Origin: Pirellula staleyi DSM 6068
GTDB lineage: Bacteria; Planctomycetota; Planctomycetia; Pirellulales; Pirellulaceae
Direction: 5' to 3'
Assembly: GCA_000025185.1 (NCBI GenBank)
Contig: CP001848.1
Span: 1,860,001 to 1,892,000, forward strand
Length of the DNA stretch: 32,000 bases
Position numbers and translations under genes: made by a program. Of this stretch, positions 15,369 to 23,332 are shown piece after piece. Position 1 is the first letter of the stretch. Each line of letters begins with the position of its first letter. The notes below the pieces were generated by a model. That model had not been told where the DNA came from. It did no database searches and worked only from the letters and a program-made list of their open reading frames with translations.

Positions 15369-16043
15369 TTATTTGCGCGGCGCGAGCTTTTCAAACAACG
15401 ACCGAAGTTCGATGGTCGATGATGTAATCCCCGAAGCACCTAAAGAGAATACTGTTTCTCCATAGGACTGAACGCCTCGCTTTGAGCAGAAAAAAACAAC
15501 CGGCGTACTACTGGCATTCTCGCGCAGCTGCTTAAGTAGTCGAACACCCGCGTCCCCGACAAACTCACCATTCTCTTCGCGTCCCATGTCCGAGATGACG
15601 AGTCGGTAGTTGCGGTTCATCATTTTCGAGAGCGCCTCTTTGGTGCTGAGCGCAATATCAACAACATAGCCATCGTTTTGGAGCTGCTCGACATAGTAGC
15701 TGTTGTTTTTGGGGTTATCGTCGACCCACAGGATGCGATACGATTCTGGCGTGGTCTCGGAGACCAAAGTGCTCCCTTGCGACTCGGCGATCCCCAGGGC
15801 ATCGAGCCGTTTCATCATCGCAACCATGTTGGTCTGAAGATCGGCAATCAGTGTCTGTTGTTGCTTATTGGCCTCTTCCATCGAGAGCTTTTGGCCCCCA
15901 ATCTCGAGTAAGAATTTCCGGTCCCTAGCCGATTGAATAACGCCCGAAACATCCTTGCCGTATCTCCAAACCACATAGAGCGCGATCATCGGCCAAACTG
16001 CGGCGGAAAGTGATTCGATCAACTCAGCAAATCCGCTCATCAT
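15369..16043 (-). CDS. Membrane-anchored coiled-coil protein with a C-terminal receiver (REC)-like domain (224 aa)
   Basis: - N-terminal TM segment 'AAVWPMIALYVVW'.
- Heptad-like 'LSMEEANKQQQTLIADLQTNMVAMMKRLDAL'.
- CheY-like pattern 'RILWVDDNP' (acidic pair), 'YRLVISDMGR' (putative phospho-acceptor Asp) and 'PVVFFCS' (Ser/Thr position).
- The conserved Lys after beta5 is not evident. Confidence 0.65.
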   Translation of the reverse strand: MMSGFAELIESLSAAVWPMIALYVVWRYGKDVSGVIQSARDRKFLLEIGGQKLSMEEANKQQQTLIADLQTNMVAMMKRLDALGIAESQGSTLVSETTPESYRILWVDDNPKNNSYYVEQLQNDGYVVDIALSTKEALSKMMNRNYRLVISDMGREENGEFVGDAGVRLLKQLRENASSTPVVFFCSKRGVQSYGETVFSLGASGITSSTIELRSLFEKLAPRK

Positions 16044-16143
16044 ATTTACACAACTTCAATGGAGAGCTGTTCGGTAGGCGCAGAGTTCTCGATAGACTAC
16101 CGAAGATGCAGTCGCGTTGCTATCACGATCTCTCAATAAAATT

Positions 16144-16173
16144 AAGCTCCCCATGAATCACAGAGGGGAGTTT
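16144..16173 (-). terminator. Possible intrinsic terminator after the 16252..16890 gene
   Basis: The stem is ctcccc (16147-16152) / ggggag (16165-16170) with a 12-nt loop. On the minus strand it is followed by 'cttaattttatt'. The stem is short, so the call is weak. Confidence 0.4.
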
Positions 16174-16251
16174 TGTTATTAGATGAGGGAGGGATTGCCG
16201 GATTTGTTGCGCGGAGAAAGTGTTTGAAGATCTCGAGATCGATGTGATGCT

Positions 16252-16890
16252 TCAGCGCTGGGGGATTAAGTTGGTGGGCATCATGCCGGGGAGTTGAGCG
16301 AGGTACTGAGGGTGTGCCCCTTCGATCCAGATATGGGTTTTGCTCGTCCGGACGATCTTGAACGGCGGAATAGGGTTGAAGTAGTTTTCGACGCCAATCA
16401 GAAGACCAATCAGCGTGATGAGCCCGGAGATCAGTAGAATCGCCATCAGCGCTTCGCGGTCGAGTGTGAGACCAATCGCGCCGCCGATAACGAGGGCGAC
16501 AAGTCCGATCCCAAAAATGACCGCTGGGAGCACCATCGACTTGGGAGTCTTCACCGCGCAGGCTGGTTCGACCGGAAGCACCACCACCACTTTGTCGCCA
16601 TAGAAGAGCCGCGCGAGTCCGGCCCCAATCAAACCACCCACGGCAAAGGCTGTCATGCGCGTCGCGTCGTCCAAAAAGACTTGCTCGATCTTATAGGTGT
16701 TGTGGGTCGGCACTCCTGATTTTGCGCAGATCGGAGCAAACTGGTGACTGCGACGATCGATCACCAGCAGGACACCATCGCGCTGGATGCCAACTCCCAA
16801 ATGACCCGTTGAAGTTGCGCCATAGCCGCTTGGCTGAGGAAATTGCGGCGCTGGTTGCGGGGCGGCGTAGGGATTATCAAAAGAGCTCAT
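16252..16890 (-). CDS. Polytopic membrane protein, paralog of 14531..15139 (212 aa)
   Basis: The ATG at 16890 has AGGAG upstream. The N-terminus is 'MSSFDNPYAAPQPAPQFPQP'. By hand alignment it is roughly one-third identical to the 14531..15139 product across the N-domain and first TM, and it has the same C-terminal 'PFKIVRTSKTHIWIEGAHPQYLAQLP' block. Confidence 0.7.
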   Translation of the reverse strand: MSSFDNPYAAPQPAPQFPQPSGYGATSTGHLGVGIQRDGVLLVIDRRSHQFAPICAKSGVPTHNTYKIEQVFLDDATRMTAFAVGGLIGAGLARLFYGDKVVVVLPVEPACAVKTPKSMVLPAVIFGIGLVALVIGGAIGLTLDREALMAILLISGLITLIGLLIGVENYFNPIPPFKIVRTSKTHIWIEGAHPQYLAQLPGMMPTNLIPQR

Positions 16891-16985
16891 GATCCATCTC
16901 CTGCAGATGCGGGGAGTTTGTCACGCTGCTGAATTTCTGCTGCGCAAGTTGGCAGCACACACTCGTGCAAGCGACCTCAGTGAAA

Positions 16986-17903
16986 CTACTGCAAGTCGGC
17001 TGCCGAGAGGCTGATATTACAGGTGGGGCCAGTGTCGGCCAGAATCTGGCGAGCGATTTCGGTGTTCGCCGGCCCCAAGACCGAGAAGTGATCGGCGCCA
17101 CTAACTTGAATGCACGAGAGTTTGGTCCCCTCCGCTTTGCGTTCGAGCAGCGTGAGCGCGAGTGCATTCCCGTCCGCTCCTTCGATGGCAAAGGTGGGCG
17201 TGCTGAGCGATTTGAGCCAAAAAATCGGGGAGCGAATCGCCGACTCTTCCGTGTTGTGGTAGGCGAAAGGGAGATACTCGGGATCGTAGTACTGCACTTC
17301 ATGCACCGGCCCGAAAGCAAACGTTGCGCGGAACTTGCTGGTCGACTCGGCAACCACCAATGCGAGTGTGCCGCCAGTGCTATGACCTCCCAGATAGATC
17401 CGAGCGGGATCGACATAACTTTGCGTCGCCAGAAAATCGGCAGCTGCGATCACATCGTCCACTTCGCCAAAAAATCCTTCCCGCTGACCTGGGTTTGTAT
17501 TCCCACCACGAAGACTCGGGAACATCATCACGATCCCCGCTTGTCGATACGCAGAAGCGGACTGGTCGTCCTGCGGGTCGGCCGGAGACCACACATCGCC
17601 GATCGAATTGCAATCGCCCCCGGTTATCCAAATGATCGCCGGATGCTTTTTGCCGTCGAGTGGATCGGGAGTGATGTAGGCGGGAAGTTCACCCACCTTC
17701 GATGTGTAATTGATGAGCTGAAAAACATCCTGGGGAGGCTCCTCAACAGGTTGGCTTCCCATCGAACTCGTCGTGAGGGTGGTCTTGAATCCTTGCCGCG
17801 CCTCGGTGAGCGAAGCGTATTTTGCCGCGAAGGAACTTCCCGACGAGCCGCAGCCCGTGGCCGCAATCAGCACCAGCGCAGCGAGAATCACGACGTTTCG
17901 CAT
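16986..17903 (-). CDS. Alpha/beta-hydrolase (S9 / dienelactone-hydrolase-like serine esterase or peptidase) lipoprotein (about 305 aa)
   Basis: The internal ATG at 17903 gives 'MRNVVILAALVLIAATGC' (signal plus a lipobox-like Cys). The nucleophile elbow is 'IYLGGHSTGG' (GxSxG). The track start at 18158 adds 85 aa with no signal-like features. Confidence 0.75.
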   Translation of the reverse strand: MRNVVILAALVLIAATGCGSSGSSFAAKYASLTEARQGFKTTLTTSSMGSQPVEEPPQDVFQLINYTSKVGELPAYITPDPLDGKKHPAIIWITGGDCNSIGDVWSPADPQDDQSASAYRQAGIVMMFPSLRGGNTNPGQREGFFGEVDDVIAAADFLATQSYVDPARIYLGGHSTGGTLALVVAESTSKFRATFAFGPVHEVQYYDPEYLPFAYHNTEESAIRSPIFWLKSLSTPTFAIEGADGNALALTLLERKAEGTKLSCIQVSGADHFSVLGPANTEIARQILADTGPTCNISLSAADLQ

Positions 17904-18060
17904 CGAACATGCCCTTGGAGAGAGGAGACCAGCAGCTGCGCGTGGATCGCGCGGTCTGCCGAGGGGTAAGGATATCCGCCCTCCAGAGTGTGTCAAATTT
18001 CGGAGTGGAAATGTTTCCCGGTGAGATCCGTTGCCAGCGATTCCCCACCCGCGCAGCAAA

Positions 18061-18096
18061 CAGCCGCTGGAGCGAAGTGAATCACTCCAGCGGCTG
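18061..18096 (-). terminator. Hairpin downstream of the DUF1592-DUF1501 operon
   Basis: A 12-bp perfect inverted repeat, cagccgctggag (18061-18072) / ctccagcggctg (18085-18096), has a 12-nt loop. The U-tract is only 'ttt' on the minus strand ('aaagttttt' follows on the plus strand). It lies about 80 nt past the stop at 18176. Confidence 0.45.
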
Positions 18097-18175
18097 AAAG
18101 TTTTTGGTCCGTCGTATCCCACAAATTGCACAGCGGATGGCGATTCACCGCGCACCATTCATGGAGCAGATATTC

Positions 18176-19522
18176 CTATGCTGTCAGGCCGGGCAAGTGG
18201 CCGGTGCTGTCGCCGAGGCTAGGGAGTCGAACATCCATGCGCTCGAGCATGCTGAGCCACAAGTTGTTCAGCGGCGTCTCTTTGGCATACTTGATGTGGC
18301 GACCAGTTTGGATCGTTCCACCACCCTTACCGAACAGCAGCACGGGCAGGTCGTCGTGGTTGTGGGCGTTGCCGTCGCTGTTGCCGCTGCCATAAGCAAT
18401 CATGCAGTGGTCGAGCAGCGTCCCACCAGCTTCTGGCACACTCTTCAGGCGGTCGATCAGGTAAGCGAGCTGCTGGACGTGGAATTCGTTGATCTGACGA
18501 ATCTTGTCCTTCTTGGCTTGCTCGTTGCCGTGGTGCGAAAGCTCGTGGTGACCTTCCGAAACACCGATGAACGGATACGACTTGTTGCTACCTTCGTTGG
18601 CCATCACGAAAGTCGAGACACGTGTCATGTCGGTTTGAAATGCGAGAACGAGCAGGTCGGCCATCAGCCGCAAATGCTCGGCATAGTCCTTCGGAATGCC
18701 ACTGGGCTTGGCCACGCCTTCAGGAACATCGATGGTCGGCATGTTCTTCGCGCGATCGATCCGCTGTTCGATTTCACGAACACTGGTGAAGTATTCGTCG
18801 AGCTTACGACGGTCGTACGAACCGAGCGACTGCGTGAGCTGCGAGGCATCGTCGCGCACAAAGTCGAGCACGCTCTTGCGGGCAGCATCTCGTTTGGCGC
18901 GATTTTCGTCGCCGCTCGAGCTGAACATCCGTTCGAACACCAGCTTCGGATCGACTTCCTTCGGCAGCGGCTGCGTGGCACTCTTCCAAGCCATGGTGCT
19001 GCTATACACACAGCTGTAGCCCGAGTCGCAGTTGCCAGCCATCGCGCCTGCTTCACAGCCGAGTTCGAGCGAAGGCAAACGGGTTTGATCACCGATGCGA
19101 GAAGCAGCGACTTGATCGACCGAAACACCAGCACGAATCTCGTTGCCGTCGGTCTTCTTGGGCTGACAGCCGGTGAGGAACGCCGACAGGGCGCGAGCGT
19201 GATCGCCACCGCCGTCGCCATTGGCGCGGGCTTTGTCGGCAGTGAGCCCCGTCAGCACCAGCATCTCGCTTCGATGCTTTTCGAGATGCTTCAGGATGGT
19301 TGGCATCTCGTAGTTGGTGCCTTCTTCCTTCGGCGTCCAGTCGGCCATGTTGATGCCGTTGGGAACGTAGATGAAGGCCATGCGATTGGGAGCAACAGCG
19401 CCACCTTCAGCAGCGGTGGCCCACGACGTGAGCGGTCCCATTGCTTCGAGCCATGGAAGCGCCATCGCGGTGCCAAGACCACGGAGTACAGTGCGTCGCG
19501 AAATCATGTGCGAGGCGTTCAT
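18176..19522 (-). CDS. DUF1501 domain protein (sulfatase/alkaline-phosphatase-fold, Tat signal)
   Basis: The twin-arginine leader is 'MISRRTVLRGLGTAMALPWLEAM'. The overall sequence is typical of planctomycete DUF1501 proteins. The start ATG overlaps the upstream stop in an ATGA (19519-19522). Confidence 0.85.
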   Translation of the reverse strand: MNASHMISRRTVLRGLGTAMALPWLEAMGPLTSWATAAEGGAVAPNRMAFIYVPNGINMADWTPKEEGTNYEMPTILKHLEKHRSEMLVLTGLTADKARANGDGGGDHARALSAFLTGCQPKKTDGNEIRAGVSVDQVAASRIGDQTRLPSLELGCEAGAMAGNCDSGYSCVYSSTMAWKSATQPLPKEVDPKLVFERMFSSSGDENRAKRDAARKSVLDFVRDDASQLTQSLGSYDRRKLDEYFTSVREIEQRIDRAKNMPTIDVPEGVAKPSGIPKDYAEHLRLMADLLVLAFQTDMTRVSTFVMANEGSNKSYPFIGVSEGHHELSHHGNEQAKKDKIRQINEFHVQQLAYLIDRLKSVPEAGGTLLDHCMIAYGSGNSDGNAHNHDDLPVLLFGKGGGTIQTGRHIKYAKETPLNNLWLSMLERMDVRLPSLGDSTGHLPGLTA

Positions 19523-21972
19523 GGCTGAGTTTCCTTTCCCCGACGAAGCATAAAGGGATCGCTGCGGACAATGCCGAGCACGAGGTGCGAAAATCGATCT
19601 TCACCGGCCGGCATGCTCTCGACGATCTGCCGAACCGCTGGTTTGTCGTAGTATTCCAGACCACGCCCGGTGGCGTAGGTCAGCAACTTCTCCGTCAGTG
19701 CTTTGCGAACTTGCGGAGCTTTGGTTTTGAGGATCTCTTTGAGTTCCGCTGGGCCATTGAATTTGCGACCATCGGGGAGCACGCCGCTGGCATCGACGTA
19801 GTCAGACCCATCGGTTTTGCGAAACGCGCCAACCGCATCGAAGTTCTCGAACGCGAACCCGAGTGGATCCATTCTCGCATGGCAGCTGGCACAAGCAATG
19901 TTTTCGCGATGCTGTTCGAGACGTTGACGGAGCGTGCCGGTTAGTGCGGCTCCTTCTTTGTCGAGTTCTGGCACGTTCGGTGGCGGTGGTGGTGGCGGCG
20001 TTCCGAGGATTTGTTCGAGAACCCAGCGGCCCCGTTTCACAGGACTGGTGCGTGTGGGATTGCTGGTGACAGTGAGCACGCTCGCCTGAGTGAGCAGCCC
20101 GCCTCGGTGGCTATCGGGCCCGAGCATCACCTTCTGAAACTCGCGACCACGCAGCTGCTGACCACCTTCGCGACGAGGCTTGGTTTCCCAGGTGTTTCCC
20201 ATCGTGTCGATGATGCCATAGTGACGGGCAAGTCGCTCGTTGAGGAACGTGTAGTCGGCGTCGATCAGCTCCAGGATGCTCCGGTCGTTTTGAATGATCT
20301 CGCGGAGGAACAACTTGGTTTCCTCGACCATCGACGCTTTCAGGCGATCATCGAAGTTCGGGAACTTTTCGGGGTCGGGAGTGATTTGCGTGATCCGCTG
20401 CAGCTGCAACCATTGCAGGGCAAAGTTATCGACGAGTGCTTGCGATTTGGGATCTTTGAGCATTCGCCGGACTTGGTTATCGAGGTCGTCGACCAAACGA
20501 TTTTGGCTAGCAAGCGCGAACAACTCATCGTCCGGCATGCTGCTCCAAAGGAAGTACGACAAGCGGCTCGCTAGTTGATACTGATCGATCGCGTGGACGT
20601 TGGGATTTTCGGGATCGTAGTCGGGTTCGGTACGGAACAAAAACTTGGGACTGCAGAGCACGACTTGCACGCCGCGCTGCATAGCCGCTTCCCATTTCAG
20701 CTGCTCGCTCGACTGCACACTCGCCACGTATTTCACATGCTTTTCGATTTCGTCGGCGGTCGGTTTGCGGCGAAAGGCGCGGGCCAAAAAGCGAGTGAAG
20801 ACTTCGCGGCTTTTGGCTTCGTCATCCGCCGCTGTGGTCGCCAGGAGTTCGCGATGGGTCCGCGGACGCGTATCCATCGGCCCTTCGAGGTTGAACCATT
20901 CGATATGCAACGTGACGTGCGGCTGTCCATCGCCTGGCTTCACCAGGGCCACAGCCATCCGCTCGATGCCCGCCATCGGTGGAATGGTGAACTCGAGGTT
21001 CTGCGCTTCTTTTTGTTCGCGAGCGGTCACCTCTTGGCGAGCGATCACGCGGAACGGTCGCAGCCCACTCAGGGCAGCGCCGGCGAGATCGGCAATGTCG
21101 CCATCGCCAGCGGGGGAGACGATGTCTTTGCCACATGCCAGAATCGCGACCGTTACTTTTTGTTCTTTGGGGGCCGATGTGTAGCAGCGAATGCGAAAGC
21201 GATACTCGCCGTCGGCATCCATCATGTAGCTCGTGAAAAACGGCCCGGTTTCGATTCCCGATTCCTTCGGCTCGCTCGTCATCGGGCGATATTGGCTTTG
21301 AGGGACCGTGCTCCCGGCTGGCTCGACATACTTGCACGAGAGGAACCGGTTCGGACGCTGCGGTGCCTCGGGGGTGATGATGCGGCTCGACACGCTTTCA
21401 GCAGCGGCGAGATAGCGCTCCATCAGGACGGGCGAGACGGTAAGGACATCACCGATGTTGTCAAAGCCGTGTCCCACATCGTCGGAAGGGAAGTCGTCGG
21501 CGGGGCGGAGATCGACCCCGAAGAGGTCGCGAATCGTGTTGTTGTATTCCACGCGGTTGAGGCGTCGCACCGTCACCCGACCAGGATCGCGCGGGGATGT
21601 TTTGTCGACGTGATCGAAAATCGCTTGCACCACCGAGGTGAACTTTTCGACGTCGGCTGCGGGTGGTTGCGGCTGATCGCTCGGGGGCATCGAGCCACTG
21701 CTGACGAGTTCCAGCACCTTCTCCCAGTGCTCGCGGTCGGGAACGATCGCTTTGGCTTCCGCGAACGTGGTGAGCGTAAGGCCCGCTTGGGGCTCTTCTT
21801 TGTCGTGGCAGTCGGCGCAATGTTTGGAAACGAACGGCGTGACGTCGCGCGTAAACTTTTCCGCTAATTCCGCAGGTAAATCAACAGCTGCCGATGCTTG
21901 TGAAACAAGCGAAGCGATCGCCAGAAGCGAGGCATGAGCGCAGCAGAGAGTTGTGAACCAGCGAAAATGCAT
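19519..21972 (-). CDS. Planctomycete cytochrome-c-motif protein of the DUF1585/1587/1588/1592/1595 (PSD/PSCyt) type (817 aa)
   Basis: It has a signal peptide ([28 protein letters not shown]) and two CxxCH motifs ('HCADCHD', '[12 protein letters not shown]'). Blocks such as '[18 protein letters not shown]', '[17 protein letters not shown]' and '[17 protein letters not shown]' are ones I associate with this family. It is the canonical partner of DUF1501. Confidence 0.8.
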   Translation of the reverse strand: MHFRWFTTLCCAHASLLAIASLVSQASAAVDLPAELAEKFTRDVTPFVSKHCADCHDKEEPQAGLTLTTFAEAKAIVPDREHWEKVLELVSSGSMPPSDQPQPPAADVEKFTSVVQAIFDHVDKTSPRDPGRVTVRRLNRVEYNNTIRDLFGVDLRPADDFPSDDVGHGFDNIGDVLTVSPVLMERYLAAAESVSSRIITPEAPQRPNRFLSCKYVEPAGSTVPQSQYRPMTSEPKESGIETGPFFTSYMMDADGEYRFRIRCYTSAPKEQKVTVAILACGKDIVSPAGDGDIADLAGAALSGLRPFRVIARQEVTAREQKEAQNLEFTIPPMAGIERMAVALVKPGDGQPHVTLHIEWFNLEGPMDTRPRTHRELLATTAADDEAKSREVFTRFLARAFRRKPTADEIEKHVKYVASVQSSEQLKWEAAMQRGVQVVLCSPKFLFRTEPDYDPENPNVHAIDQYQLASRLSYFLWSSMPDDELFALASQNRLVDDLDNQVRRMLKDPKSQALVDNFALQWLQLQRITQITPDPEKFPNFDDRLKASMVEETKLFLREIIQNDRSILELIDADYTFLNERLARHYGIIDTMGNTWETKPRREGGQQLRGREFQKVMLGPDSHRGGLLTQASVLTVTSNPTRTSPVKRGRWVLEQILGTPPPPPPPNVPELDKEGAALTGTLRQRLEQHRENIACASCHARMDPLGFAFENFDAVGAFRKTDGSDYVDASGVLPDGRKFNGPAELKEILKTKAPQVRKALTEKLLTYATGRGLEYYDKPAVRQIVESMPAGEDRFSHLVLGIVRSDPFMLRRGKETQP

Positions 21973-22292
21973 AGCGGCAGTCCGAGGGCGGGATGGAAGG
22001 AAATGCCGAACGGGGAGGGCCAGTCGGGTGGGACGCGGGAGCGGAGGCCCTAACTAACCCTACATGGTCGCCAATCCTCCGCAGCGTAACAAGACCTTTG
22101 CATCAATATCGACCGATTTTTGGGAAAATGGCCACCCGAATCGTTCGGGTGCGAACTTCTGGCCGCCCGGAGGCTCTGTGAAGGGTGATTGGAGTGCCGC
22201 AAACGGTCCCTGAACTTCGTAGCGATGAAGCCTCACGCGAGTCGCTCCAGTCGCTGCTAGCACCTTCCTGCAAGCGATGATCGCAAGCCTTT

Positions 22293-22649
22293 ATGAGCTC
22301 TGCCTTTCGAGCACTGATGCCGCCCCCTGCTCTGCCGCTAAAACGCGGAAATGAAGCAGTCGCGCTGGTGCCGAACCTGGCCTGCTGCGTCGCCATCGAC
22401 ACTTTGGCTCCCCTGGTGAGCCCACCTCCCGCGGTTAGCGTCCACGCGGTTCCCAAAACACCCTTGCGTGCGGTCGTTGCGGTTAAGCCGCATCAACCAC
22501 CTCAGCAAGCGGTCGCTCAAGTTCCGCTGGTCGTTCAAGCCGTGTCGATTTCTCTCCCAGGTCCATCCAAAGTGCGGCAGTCCGTATGTTTCAGCTCTTC
22601 ACCCAATTCAGTTCTCGCCGAAGCAGCCGCTTCGATCTGTTTCCTGTAG
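22293..22649 (+). CDS. Doubtful ORF (118 aa), Ala/Val/Pro-rich
   Basis: ATG at 22293. The pentamer gcggt recurs at 22431, 22446, 22470, 22479 and 22509. All spacings are multiples of 3 and in frame as Ala-Val codons, which hints at a coding frame. No family was recognised. It overlaps the next ORF by 64 nt in another frame. Confidence 0.3.
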   Translation: MSSAFRALMPPPALPLKRGNEAVALVPNLACCVAIDTLAPLVSPPPAVSVHAVPKTPLRAVVAVKPHQPPQQAVAQVPLVVQAVSISLPGPSKVRQSVCFSSSPNSVLAEAAASICFL

Positions 22650-23221
22650 CCTGCTGCTATCTTCTTTTCTCGCTGGTGCTGATCCTCTGGGAACAGACGC
22701 TCGTATGGAACTTAAGGAGCCGCGAGAACCTACAAACGATCTCGGAGAAGCAGAACTCGCCAGAATCGAACCCCGACAACTCCCTCTGTAGTGTCGCATC
22801 CAGTTCATCTAGCTTCCTCGAGTTCACGCCTCTTGGCCCAGCCACTCCCCTCCCCTTCTTTCGCGACGATCTCGAAAAATTATCCTGGCGTGCGGTTGAC
22901 CGTCAGGAGACCGGTGAGATCCTCTTGGCGATTCATCATGCGGAATGGATCGTGCCGCTCAGTGGCGAGGATCGCCCGCCCCTCTATCGGCTTCTGCTGC
23001 GGATGCGTAAAGCGGGTGATTGTTCGGCGGGCGATTTGCTGGCGATCTGCGAACTAAAGAGGGTGCGCGATCGGCTGCTGCTGCGGGTGCAGCTTCTTCC
23101 CGCTGGATGTACGAATCCCAATCTCGCGACAGTTGTCGATGGCACATCGCTCGTACCAATCCTGGGCAAGCTCGATCAGGAGTTCGCAGCGACTTACTTC
23201 CGCTCCAGTCGCCGGGAGTGA
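22586..23221 (+). CDS. Hypothetical protein, possibly N-terminally membrane-anchored (211 aa)
   Basis: ATG at 22586. A basic 'SSRRSSR' is followed by the hydrophobic 'LFPVACCYLLFSLVLILW', a Ser-rich linker, and a C-terminal 130 aa with gene-like codon usage (third positions mostly G/C). No SD or family was recognised. Confidence 0.45.
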   Translation: MFQLFTQFSSRRSSRFDLFPVACCYLLFSLVLILWEQTLVWNLRSRENLQTISEKQNSPESNPDNSLCSVASSSSSFLEFTPLGPATPLPFFRDDLEKLSWRAVDRQETGEILLAIHHAEWIVPLSGEDRPPLYRLLLRMRKAGDCSAGDLLAICELKRVRDRLLLRVQLLPAGCTNPNLATVVDGTSLVPILGKLDQEFAATYFRSSRRE

Positions 23222-23332
23222 CGCCAAGAGTGAAGTGGCCCGTCGCGGCTCGAAAAAATGGGTCCCCAGGAAGTGTACAGCAGGTTAAACTGTGAGTTCT
23301 CTCCCGCCTCTTGCTTTAAGGGTGAACTTCCC

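Noticed and set aside
18104-21867. Long plus-strand ORFs (18104-19528, 474 aa; 20575-21867, 430 aa; and smaller ones) opposite the DUF1501 and DUF1592-type genes.
   Set aside because: These are antisense shadow ORFs. The minus-strand products carry a Tat signal, CxxCH motifs and family-typical blocks, and are translationally coupled (ATGA at 19519-19522). The plus-strand products are low-complexity Arg/His/Val-rich.
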